64,000 nucleotides of DNA from Terriglobia bacterium (GTDB lineage Bacteria > Acidobacteriota > Terriglobia > JAJPHL01 > JAPKYU01): positions 512,001 to 576,000 of the forward strand of contig CBDCVK010000010.1 in the NCBI GenBank assembly GCA_965223005.1, in the 5' to 3' direction. The number at the start of each line of letters is the position of its first letter. The first letter of the stretch is position 1. The notes beneath the pieces were generated by a model. The model had not been told where the DNA came from. It made no database searches and saw nothing but the letters and a program-made list of their open reading frames with translations. Position numbers and translations under genes: made by a program. Shown here piece by piece: positions 1 to 8,550 of this stretch.

Positions 1-1
1 G

Positions 2-517
2 AACGCTGTAAAGGAGCACAAACGGGCTGTCGCGCTTGTCATTCATGACAAGAGCCGGTATGACCAGGGCCAGTATGACAAGGACCGGCAGCACCTTCTG
101 GTGGTTCGTAGGCCTCCGGAAGACGACCGACTGCCGAATGTCTGGGGCCTGCCGGCAGCAACGTTGCGGGTGGGGGAAAGCTATGAAGACGCCGCCGTGA
201 GGGCCGGTCAAGAGAAGCTGGGAGTGAAGATTAGGATCGTCGGGGAAATCGCCGAAGGAACTGCGGACCGGGGCGACCACATTCTGCATATGAAGGAGTT
301 CGAAGTCGAGATTGCAGAGGGGACGCCGAGTGTGCCCCAGTCAATCGCCCAACCAATTGGAGGCGTCACCCAGTACGTGGCCTGCAAATGGGGAGAGCCA
401 AATGATCTCATCGAGGCAACTCGGAAGGGCTCGCTGTGCTGCCGGCTGTATCTGTCGAGCATCGGCCAATTTCGGGGAAACCAATCGCAAGCGGATTCCT
501 CACTTGGCCTAGGATGA
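2..517 (+). CDS. NUDIX hydrolase (5'-truncated by window edge)
   Basis: Frame is open from position 2 (NAVKEHKRAVALVIHD...LLVVRRP). Degenerate Nudix box WGLPAATLRVGESYEDAAVRAGQEKLG. Confidence 0.8.
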   Translation, partial: NAVKEHKRAVALVIHDKSRYDQGQYDKDRQHLLVVRRPPEDDRLPNVWGLPAATLRVGESYEDAAVRAGQEKLGVKIRIVGEIAEGTADRGDHILHMKEFEVEIAEGTPSVPQSIAQPIGGVTQYVACKWGEPNDLIEATRKGSLCCRLYLSSIGQFRGNQSQADSSLGLG

Positions 518-544
518 TAGGAAAGGGGAGAGAACGTGGCGCTG

Positions 545-931
545 CTAGCGCTGGCTGATCCGCATGGTTTTGTCCACGCTCAACTCGGGCATGCCAGTGG
601 CCGGCCCGTGATAGCTGGCGGTGATGACGAAGTGGTTGCCGCTAATATCAATGGAGTAGGTGTAGCCCAGGCGCCCCTCGCGGTTCACGTTGATGTGGCC
701 TTCCGAGCTCAGCTCTTCCAGGGTGGCGTACTTGCCGTTCAGCGCCATGTAGGAGCGCTCGGCGTTGGCCATGGACATCAAGTCGTTTTTCACCCCGGCC
801 AGATCGGCTGCGGCCCGCGGGTTGTTGGTGCCCTGGGTGATCGAGCTCTTGCCGGTGAATTGTGCGCGGTAAATGAACATGCCGATGCCCAGAGTCACGA
901 GCAGTCCTATCAAACCCATTACGCCACGCAT
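545..931 (-). CDS. Hypothetical protein, pilin/pseudopilin-like (N-terminal hydrophobic helix)
   Basis: N-terminal TM helix followed by pilin-like DLMSMANAERSYMALNGKYATLEEL. RBS GGAGGT upstream. Confidence 0.6.
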   Translation of the reverse strand: MRGVMGLIGLLVTLGIGMFIYRAQFTGKSSITQGTNNPRAAADLAGVKNDLMSMANAERSYMALNGKYATLEELSSEGHINVNREGRLGYTYSIDISGNHFVITASYHGPATGMPELSVDKTMRISQR

Positions 932-1131
932 GCTGATTTGCTACCTCCCTCCGTTGGGATAGCTCCCCTTGCGATAGCTTGATGGTAGGAGAACCGTTCG
1001 GGAGAGTCAACCGTGAGGCTTCGCGCCTGCCTATTCAAACGGGTGGTCCAGGCGCTCCAATAAAAGCACTTGACAGCTGCGGGCCAACACCTGAAACCTG
1101 ACACCTGACAGTCGGCTGCTACGGGGTAAAA

Positions 1132-2760
1132 GTGAAGATCCTGACTGCTGCACAAATGCGGGAAGTGGACCGCGTCACCATCCAGGAGCTGGGGGTGCCG
1201 GGCGTGCTGCTGATGGAGAACGCCGGCATCAGCGTGGTCCGCGTGTTGGAAGAGCGCTTTCGCCCGTTGGCCCGGCATCGTATCGCCATCCTGTGCGGCA
1301 AAGGCAACAACGGCGGCGACGGCTTCGTGGTGGCACGGCAGCTGTGGATGCGCGGCCTGCGGCCCCGGGTGCTGCTGCTGGCCAATCCAGACAGCATTCG
1401 AGGCGACGCGCGCATCAACTACGACATCATGCTCAAGACAGGCTGCCTGCCCGGTCTGGTGCGCGACCGGAACGACTGGCTGGCCGTGAAGGCTGACCTG
1501 CGCGGGTCCACTCTTCTGGTGGATGCGCTGCTGGGCACCGGCTTGTCGGGGCCGGTCGAAGGCTTTCTGGCTGACGTCCTGAGCGACCTGAACACCGGCT
1601 TTGCCGACGTTCCTCTGGTTGCGGTGGACATCCCATCCGGGCTGCCGAGCGACAGCGGCAGGCCCCTGGGAGAATCGCTCCGGGCCGACATCACCGTCAC
1701 CTTTACGGCACCCAAAGTTGCCCAGATCTTTCCGCCCAACTGCGAGCGCATTGGGGAGCTGGTGGTCTGTCCCATCGGGACACCGCCCGAAGTCTACGAA
1801 CGACGCGCTGAGGTGTGCCTGAATCTGATCACTCCAGCGGAACTGGCACCCTTTGCTGGCCCGCGGGCGCGCGCCGCGCATAAGGGTAACTTCGGTCACG
1901 TACTGGTGGTGTCCGGGGGGCGCGGCAAGACTGGCGCGGCAGCTATGACCGGGGAGTCGGCGCTGAAGATCGGCGCCGGTCTGGTCACTGTGGCGACGGC
2001 GGAAAGCGCGCTGTCGGTGGTGGCGGGCTTCGTGCCGGAGCTGATGACCGAGCCGCTGGCCGAAACCGAAGTGGGCAGCATCTCGGGGAGCGCCCTGGAC
2101 TACGGGCGGTTCCAGCAGGTTCTGGAGAACAAGGACGTGCTCGCCATGGGCCCCGGTCTGTCCACTCATCCTGATACGCTGGGCTTTGTGCGCCGAGTGG
2201 TTCGCGACTTCGCCATCCCTGCCGTGCTCGATGCCGATGCCCTGAATGCCTTCGCCGGGGATCGGGAGCTGCTCCGGGACCGGAGCTCCCCGCTGGTGCT
2301 CACCCCGCATCCCGGTGAGATGGCGCGCCTGATGGAAATTTCCACCGCTGAGGTCCAAGGCAATCGGGTGGAGGTGGCGCGCCGGCTGGCCACAGAGCTC
2401 GGTGTCTTCGTCGTCCTGAAAGGCTTTCGCACCCTGGTGGCTGCTCCCGAAGGTCAGGTTTACGTCAATCCCACCGGGAACCCGGGCATGGCCAGCGGAG
2501 GAACCGGCGATGTGCTGACCGGTTTCATCGCAGGACTGATGGCTCAGTATGCCCACGAGCCTTTGGCCGCCGTGCTGTGCGCCGCCGTCTACGTGCACGG
2601 CCTGGCGGGAGATCTGGCGCTGCCTAAGACCGGCGAGAAGGCATTGGTCGCCACCGATCTGATCCGTTCCCTGCCGCAGGTCTGGGAGGAGCTTGGTGCA
2701 GGCTCGCCCGCTTCCGGCATAGGCGATGCGATGCAGAACAGCGAGCCTCCGCGCTGCTAA
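1132..2760 (+). CDS. nnr: Bifunctional NAD(P)H-hydrate epimerase/dehydratase (YjeF)
   Basis: Motifs LMENAG, CGKGNNGGDG, DALLGTG, DIPSG, HKGNFG, DADALN, TPHPGEM, GGTGDVL. Confidence 0.95.
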   Translation: MKILTAAQMREVDRVTIQELGVPGVLLMENAGISVVRVLEERFRPLARHRIAILCGKGNNGGDGFVVARQLWMRGLRPRVLLLANPDSIRGDARINYDIMLKTGCLPGLVRDRNDWLAVKADLRGSTLLVDALLGTGLSGPVEGFLADVLSDLNTGFADVPLVAVDIPSGLPSDSGRPLGESLRADITVTFTAPKVAQIFPPNCERIGELVVCPIGTPPEVYERRAEVCLNLITPAELAPFAGPRARAAHKGNFGHVLVVSGGRGKTGAAAMTGESALKIGAGLVTVATAESALSVVAGFVPELMTEPLAETEVGSISGSALDYGRFQQVLENKDVLAMGPGLSTHPDTLGFVRRVVRDFAIPAVLDADALNAFAGDRELLRDRSSPLVLTPHPGEMARLMEISTAEVQGNRVEVARRLATELGVFVVLKGFRTLVAAPEGQVYVNPTGNPGMASGGTGDVLTGFIAGLMAQYAHEPLAAVLCAAVYVHGLAGDLALPKTGEKALVATDLIRSLPQVWEELGAGSPASGIGDAMQNSEPPRC

Positions 2761-2766
2761 GACACC

Positions 2767-3219
2767 GTGGGGGAGCAACGCAGGCGCGAGTACATTACCG
2801 AATCGCACGAACAGACGGTGGAACTGGGCCGGGAACTGGCCCAGCAGATGCGCCCGCCGCTGCTCACGCTTCTGGTGGGCAACCTGGGGAGTGGAAAAAC
2901 CACCCTGGCCAAGGGCATCGTCAGCAGCTTGGGCAGCGCCCCGGAAGAGGATGTGACCAGCCCTTCATTCACGCTGATCCACGAATACGGGCGCGGAAGT
3001 TCAAGAGTGTTCCACGTGGATCTGTACCGGCTGGAAAGCCCGCGCGAAATTGACACGCTCGGCCTGGAAGACCTGTTCGACGAGGCCGAGCCGGCCGTCG
3101 TGCTGGTGGAGTGGGGCGAAAAATTGCGTCAGCTGTTGCCGGGGCGGCGCTGGGAGATTCACCTGTCCGATCTGGGCGAGGACCGCCGTAAAATAGTGGT
3201 GGAGGAATGGAATGGTTGA
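2767..3219 (+). CDS. tsaE: tRNA threonylcarbamoyladenosine biosynthesis ATPase
   Basis: Walker A GNLGSGKTT, VTSPSFTL, HVDLYRL, VEWGE. Follows nnr as is usual. Confidence 0.95.
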   Translation: MGEQRRREYITESHEQTVELGRELAQQMRPPLLTLLVGNLGSGKTTLAKGIVSSLGSAPEEDVTSPSFTLIHEYGRGSSRVFHVDLYRLESPREIDTLGLEDLFDEAEPAVVLVEWGEKLRQLLPGRRWEIHLSDLGEDRRKIVVEEWNG

Positions 3220-4015
3220 AAACAACAAGCGGCTGTGGGCGCTGATCTTGGGCGCCTCCAGCGGCTTCGGCGAGGCCAATGCGCGCGAACTGGCGCGGCT
3301 GGGCTACAACATCCTAGGCGTGCACCTGGACCGTCGGGCCACACTCCCGCACGTGGAGGAGATCATTGCGGCCATCCGCGCCGAGGGCTCCGAGCCGGTT
3401 TTTTTCAATGTTAACGCCGCCGACGCCGAAAAGCGAAAGCAGGTGATCACGCAGATCCGGGCCCGGCTGGACGGCAGCCAAGGCCCGCCAGGGACCGTCC
3501 GGGTTCTGCTGCACTCGCTGGCGTTCGGCACGCTGAAGCCGTTCGTCAATATAGAAAACCCAGTAGTGCGGGACCAAATCGAGATGACCGTGGATGTGAT
3601 GGCACATAGCCTGGTCTACTGGGTCCAGGACCTGCTGGCCTGCCACCTGCTAGAGCGCGGAGCCCGCGTTTTCGCCATGACCAGTTCCGGCGGCACGCGC
3701 GTGTTGCCCACCTACGGCCCGGTTTCGGCCGCCAAGGCGGCTCTGGAATCCCACATCCGGCAACTGGCCATGGAACTTGCCCCGCTGGGCATTACCGCCA
3801 ACGCCATCCGCGCCGGTGTCACCGACACCCCGGCTCTGCGAAAGATCCCGGGACACGAAAAGCTGATTGAGTTTGCGCGCCAGCGCAACCCGCACGGTCG
3901 CCTGACCACTCCACAGGACGTAGCGGCCGCCATTGGGATGCTTGCCCGACCGGAAACTTACTGGATCACGGGCAACGTCATCGGTGCGGATGGTGGCGAA
4001 GACGTTGTTGGCTAG
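3212..4015 (+). CDS. SDR oxidoreductase, enoyl-ACP reductase (FabL-like)
   Basis: GASSGFG Rossmann motif, YGPVSAAK (Yx6K as in enoyl-ACP reductases), GVTDTPAL, WITG. Confidence 0.8.
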   Translation: MVENNKRLWALILGASSGFGEANARELARLGYNILGVHLDRRATLPHVEEIIAAIRAEGSEPVFFNVNAADAEKRKQVITQIRARLDGSQGPPGTVRVLLHSLAFGTLKPFVNIENPVVRDQIEMTVDVMAHSLVYWVQDLLACHLLERGARVFAMTSSGGTRVLPTYGPVSAAKAALESHIRQLAMELAPLGITANAIRAGVTDTPALRKIPGHEKLIEFARQRNPHGRLTTPQDVAAAIGMLARPETYWITGNVIGADGGEDVVG

Positions 4016-4046
4016 CAAACAGCCGGTCGCGGCAAGCCGCGTGGAC

Positions 4047-4265
4047 TTAGTCGCCAAAGAGAACCTTCATCGTCACGTAGAATTGTAGCAAGAACAGGGC
4101 CAGCAGCAGCGCCGCGGCCCCGCGCCGGAGCAGGCGGTGGGTGAAAGACAGTTCGATCGGTTCTTCCGAGGCTGGCAGAGGGAGGTGCGCGTCACAGAAT
4201 TCGGCCCCTTCTATAGGGGGCATGGAGCAGTTTCTTCCTCGGGAATCAATGTGGAGGCAGCGCAT
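4047..4265 (-). CDS. Small protein with C-x9-C-x10-C-x2-H motif and C-terminal TM helix
   Basis: 72 aa. Putative Zn-binding CCCH spacing plus hydrophobic C-terminus. Confidence 0.55.
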   Translation of the reverse strand: MRCLHIDSRGRNCSMPPIEGAEFCDAHLPLPASEEPIELSFTHRLLRRGAAALLLALFLLQFYVTMKVLFGD

Positions 4266-4643
4266 CGTCTACAAACAGTTGCTCATTCAAAGTGTGCTTT
4301 AGTTTATCGCAACCCGCCTGCCGAGTGCGGAATGTGCCGCAACCAAGGTTGCGACAAACCAGGCTCGCAACAAAAATGCCCACCTTCCGGTGAGCATTTT
4401 GTGTCCCCTTTTCCTGGGGACCATTAGGGAGAAAAGCCCCGACGAATGCGCAGCCGCCAAAACTTTTCAGGGCCAGTGTATTCCGCGGGTAGGGGGCTGT
4501 CAAGGGAAAACTCCTGCAAATCGTAATCCAATAAGTCTTTTGGATTCAAAAGATTACAGGGAAAAGCCCTTTCTCCTCCGCTTGCCTTCCGAAACCGGCG
4601 ACTCGGCCCGAGAAACCCTATTTCGGAACTAAACAGTGTTTTT

Positions 4644-5837
4644 TCAATGGCTTATGTTGAGGCGAATGATCTCCGTCTCCTCCAACCGGTCGAAGAACCG
4701 CCCAGGGTAGCGCTGCTTCAGCAGCACCCGCAGAAAACCGAATCCCAATCCGGCAATGAGCGCGAACGCAAGCAGCGCTCCGATCAGCGCAATGATGTTT
4801 AAGATCAACTGCGCGAAATCGGATGCGGTCACTTCTTCCACCGGCTCGTTCCACACGACATCGGCGGTGTAGGAGATGCGGTTCAGAAGCTGATCGGCTT
4901 GGCTCTTTTCCGTGGCGCCGAGAACAAATCCCACCAGCGGGCCAACTCGACGAGCGTATAACTGCTGAGCGACCGAGTCGCTACCTCCGGCAGGTAAATC
5001 TTGCCAGGCTTTCATCTTGCTTGCCGCCAGTTGTGCTATGGGATAGCTGAGCAACAGCAAGGTCAACGGTGGCTTTCCCGGAAATTGGTAAAGGGCCAGG
5101 TTGGCTTCGGCGCCCATCTCGAAGTCCACCAGTTCCGACGGTATCTCGGGCGCTAAACGAGCAAGGGCCACTGGCCCCAGGATGTATTTGCGGCTCTCGG
5201 GGAGAACACCACGCTCGGGAAGATACAGTCGCAGGGTCGGCAGCGGACCTCCGCCCAAGGTCTCAAGTCCAGCAGCCAATTCGCGGAGCTCGGCGACGCT
5301 GAGCCGGGCGTTGGACGAGCGCCCCTGCAAAGACGCACGGACCAGCACTTCCTCCTTCCGCAGCAAGAAATCAGTTCTGCGCCAGGCAAGCTGCTCCGTG
5401 CCGGTTTCCCGGGTGGTCCAGTCTTGCCCGCGATATAAGGTGAACAGCCCATAGCTGCCCGAGGCGTTTTTCAGGCGTACGGCTTCCACGCTCAGGGTCT
5501 GGCTCTCTTTGGTGAACTGCCGCCGCTCAGCTCCAACGTACCCGTATTCCACCAGGATGGGCGCTTCGTCTCCAGCCAGCGTGGCCGCGCTGTAGCGCCC
5601 AAAGGTCTGTGCAGCCGTGCCCACCCATCCGGCGAAGGTGTCTGGGAGGATGGTGCCGCGCTTCGGGCCAGTCGTGGGAGTGGAACTCGCAGGCGGCCGG
5701 CTGGCCGTCTTCGCCGCGGCAGGCGGATCGGCGGGAAGCTCCTTCAGCGCCCGCCGGCCTTCTTCGGGTGAAACCAGCGTGACCTGGCCGAAGACTGTGC
5801 TGGAGAAAAGGAAAAGCAGGACATGCCAGGACTTCAT
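4644..5837 (-). CDS. Exported membrane-anchored hypothetical protein (DUF6599-like)
   Basis: Signal peptide from ATG 5837 (MKSWHVLLFLFSSTVFG) and C-terminal TM helix. Family assignment is from recall and tentative. Confidence 0.65.
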   Translation of the reverse strand: MKSWHVLLFLFSSTVFGQVTLVSPEEGRRALKELPADPPAAAKTASRPPASSTPTTGPKRGTILPDTFAGWVGTAAQTFGRYSAATLAGDEAPILVEYGYVGAERRQFTKESQTLSVEAVRLKNASGSYGLFTLYRGQDWTTRETGTEQLAWRRTDFLLRKEEVLVRASLQGRSSNARLSVAELRELAAGLETLGGGPLPTLRLYLPERGVLPESRKYILGPVALARLAPEIPSELVDFEMGAEANLALYQFPGKPPLTLLLLSYPIAQLAASKMKAWQDLPAGGSDSVAQQLYARRVGPLVGFVLGATEKSQADQLLNRISYTADVVWNEPVEEVTASDFAQLILNIIALIGALLAFALIAGLGFGFLRVLLKQRYPGRFFDRLEETEIIRLNISH

Positions 5838-6115
5838 GACGGCCTGAGCTTGATCATAGCGCACCTTGCTCACGCTCGGATAGCTTAAGTGGACTCCTCC
5901 GGAATTCAGGGCTAGCCGACCATACTCCCGCGGTGGGTCGTCCCCGATCATCGCGCCGATGGCTGGTCACCTCGGGCGAACCCGCAAGGGCTCGCAGGCG
6001 GATGGGAAAGACTCTCGGCGCACGGTTGCCCCCGCCCTCTGCGAATTTTGGCCATCAACGCTCTGTTTCCGTTGTATATCTACTTGTCTATCTGGTTGTC
6101 TATCTGGCGGTTCGC

Positions 6116-7483
6116 ATGCTGGCTAACCGGTTGTTGGTAGTTGGAGGACAAGCTGCAGGACTGAGTGCGGCCAGCCGGGCGCGCCGGCTGGACTCGCGGC
6201 TGCATATCACCGTCTTGGAACAAGGGCACCATATCTCCTACAGCGCCTGTGGCTTGGCCTATTTACTCAGCGGGCAGGTGCCGCGAGCCGAGGATCTGCT
6301 GGTGTACTCGGCCGAATTTTTTCGGGAGCAGCGCAACATCGAGGTGCTGGTTGGCATGCGGGTGGTTGAGATCGAGCCGGGACGGCGGAGGGTACGCGCC
6401 CTGGCCGTCGAGACCGGGCAAGAACACCTGTTCCCTTACGACCGGTTGGTTCTGGCCACGGGCACCCGGCCAGACTGGCCCGCCATCCCCGGCATGGATT
6501 CACCCGGCGTCTTCCAAGGGAACAACCTGGCAGGGACGCTGGCCTTACAGGCCTTCCTGGAAACCGGCCAGCGGCCTCGTCGGGCCGTCGTCCTGGGCGG
6601 TGGCTATATTGGGCTGGAGTACGCCGAGGCGTTGCGCCAGCGAGGTCTGCACGTTGTGGTGCTCCACTGCGGCAGCGAGCTATTGGAGGGATTCGATCCG
6701 GAAATCAACGAGCTGGTGGAACAGAGGCTACTGCAACACGGCGTGGAAGTGTTTAAGGGCACTCCGGCTACCGCGATCCTGGGGCAGGGGCGCGTGCAGC
6801 GGGTGCTCTCTGCCGCCGGGCGGCACGAGGCGGACCTGGCGTTAGTGGCCACCGGCGTTGTGCCACGCTCCGAGGTGGCCATAGCCGCCGGCCTATCCAC
6901 CGGGGTGAGGGGTGCAATCGTCGTGGATGAGCGGATGCAAACCAGCCTGCCCGGCGTCTATGCCGCCGGCGATTGTGCTCATACGATTCACCTGGTAACC
7001 GGGCGTCCTGTCTACATCCCGCTGGGCACGACCGCAAACAAACAGGGCCGCGTCGCGGGCGAGAATGCCGCCGGTGGCAACGCGCGCTTTGCAGGCATCG
7101 TAGGCACCACTGTCACCCGGGTGTTCGAATTGGAGTGCGGCCGCACTGGTTTGTCGGAATCCGAAGCGCGCGCCGGAGGCTTCCGCGTGGTCACCGCGGT
7201 CATCGAGCACGGGAGCCGCGCTCACTACTTTGGAGCCAAGCAGATGCGGGTGAAGCTGCTGGCCGACCGCGCCAATGGACGCCTCCTAGGGGGGCAGCTG
7301 CTGGGCGAGGAAGGGGTGGCCAAGCGGGTCGACGTGGTGGCCACGGCCCTGCATGCGCGTATGAATATTGAGCAACTGGCTGGCCTGGACTTGAGTTATG
7401 CGCCGCCTTTCGCCCCGGTTTGGGACCCGCTCCTGACTGCCGCAAATGCTCTGGGCCGGAAACTTCGTGACGGACGTGGCTGA
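6116..7483 (+). CDS. CoA-disulfide reductase / NADH oxidase-family flavoprotein
   Basis: GGQAAGLSAA FAD-binding motif, single redox Cys in ISYSACGL, GGGYIGLE NAD-binding motif, AAGDC, C-terminal LDLSYAPPF. Start taken as ATG 6116. Confidence 0.9.
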   Translation: MLANRLLVVGGQAAGLSAASRARRLDSRLHITVLEQGHHISYSACGLAYLLSGQVPRAEDLLVYSAEFFREQRNIEVLVGMRVVEIEPGRRRVRALAVETGQEHLFPYDRLVLATGTRPDWPAIPGMDSPGVFQGNNLAGTLALQAFLETGQRPRRAVVLGGGYIGLEYAEALRQRGLHVVVLHCGSELLEGFDPEINELVEQRLLQHGVEVFKGTPATAILGQGRVQRVLSAAGRHEADLALVATGVVPRSEVAIAAGLSTGVRGAIVVDERMQTSLPGVYAAGDCAHTIHLVTGRPVYIPLGTTANKQGRVAGENAAGGNARFAGIVGTTVTRVFELECGRTGLSESEARAGGFRVVTAVIEHGSRAHYFGAKQMRVKLLADRANGRLLGGQLLGEEGVAKRVDVVATALHARMNIEQLAGLDLSYAPPFAPVWDPLLTAANALGRKLRDGRG

Positions 7484-7588
7484 CAGTGGCCTGCGTGGCT
7501 GGCAGTGGCCAGCTAGGATAAGCGCCGGCGCAAGTTGACACTTCATGTTCGGCAGGTTATATCCACACTGATAGGGAGGAAGCGGCGT

Positions 7589-8104
7589 ATGAGTGCTTTG
7601 GAGGCAGAGTCGCGGGCGGCGGACTTTCTTCTGCCGGGCCTGGACAACAAGACATATTCGTTGGCGGAATCGTTGAAAGAGGGGCCGGTGCTGGCCGCTT
7701 TCTTCAAGTCAAGCTGTCCGGTCTGCCAACTCACCTTTCCATTCCTGGAACGGTTTCAGCACCATTTCCGCGAAACCAAGGCGCACATCTGGGCTGTCAG
7801 CCAGGATGAGCCGGAGGAGGCGCTAACGTTCGCCACCGAATACGGGCTCAGCATGCCGGTGCTCCTGGAGAATGTAGAACACAACTATCCGGTATCAAAT
7901 GCCTACGGCCTGACTCACGTCCCTACAGTCTTCCTGATCGGTCAGGCCGGTGACATCCTGCAGACCTCGGTCGGTTTCGTACGCAAAGAGCTGGTCCAGA
8001 TGGGCCGTAGGCTGGAGATGCTCACCGGCAGAAAGGGTTTCGTGCCTTTCGGGGAACAGGACGAGGTCCCGGAATGGCAGTCCGGTTGAAGCTCCAAGAA
8101 CTAG
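7589..8104 (+). CDS. Thioredoxin-fold redoxin (TlpA/AhpC-TSA family), predicted selenoprotein with C-terminal Sec (U167)
   Basis: RBS AGGGAGGA, ATG 7589, CPVC motif. TGA 8087-8089 is followed in frame by AGC TCC AAG AAC TAG (G-U-S-S-K-N). SECIS-like hairpin follows and tRNA-Sec is about 300 bp away. Confidence 0.8.
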
Positions 8105-8121
8105 CCCCCGTCGGGGGTTCT
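8090..8121 (+). promoter_or_regulatory. Putative bacterial SECIS element
   Basis: Stem CCCCC(8105-8109)/GGGGG(8113-8117) with a GUC loop starting 21 nt after the UGA. The stem can extend via AGAAC/GTTCT. Fits the bacterial SECIS consensus (loop starting GU, 16-37 nt from UGA). Confidence 0.7.
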
Positions 8122-8411
8122 AATCCCGGTCGACTTCCCGCAGCAGGTTTTTCTTGTGCTTGGGGGTCTTTCGTTTCCGCGTATCCGGAATGGGGCGGGA
8201 GGGAGGAGGCGTGCCCAGGCGCTCGCGCGCGATCGCCCGAACCTCTTTGCCAGAGCTGAACCGGCGGCGGCGCCTACCAGAACGAACCATCGGGTGATCC
8301 CAACCTGAACCAAGCGGTACGACAACTGTTTGCCCTTACCTGATCTTCGCGAGCCCTCGCCGAGGCTTACTCAATCGGCAATCAGCCTATCGGCAATGAC
8401 TCAATCAGAGA

Positions 8412-8506
8412 TGGCGGAAGGTTATGGGAATCGAACCCATCGCTGCTCGTGAGAAACAGCCACCGGCTTTGAAGGCCGGGCGAGTCACCAGACCCGATTA
8501 CCTTCC
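8412..8506 (-). tRNA. selC: tRNA-Sec (anticodon UCA)
   Basis: Reverse complement GGAAGGTAATCGGGTCTGGTGACTCGCCCGGCCTTCAAAGCCGGTGGCTGTTTCTCACGAGCAGCGATGGGTTCGATTCCCATAACCTTCCGCCA: 95 nt, UCA anticodon, extended acceptor stem, long variable arm, GCCA end. Confidence 0.97.
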
Positions 8507-8550
8507 AGGCCCAGTATAGCTCGATATTCGAAGGCGGCAGGCGGCGGCCG

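Noticed and set aside
919-2808. 629-aa minus-strand ORF, and similar long antisense ORFs at 41984..43873, 32203..33399, 43938..45077 and 45165..46286
   Set aside because: Shadow frames opposite well-supported genes (nnr, gpmI, tldE, eno, glgC), typical of high-GC DNA, with no motifs.
7481-7516. Possible Sec read-through at the TGA ending the CoADR-like gene
   Set aside because: The protein is already complete after YAPPF...ANAL, the extension (QWPAWLAVAS) has no redox context, and there is no convincing SECIS.
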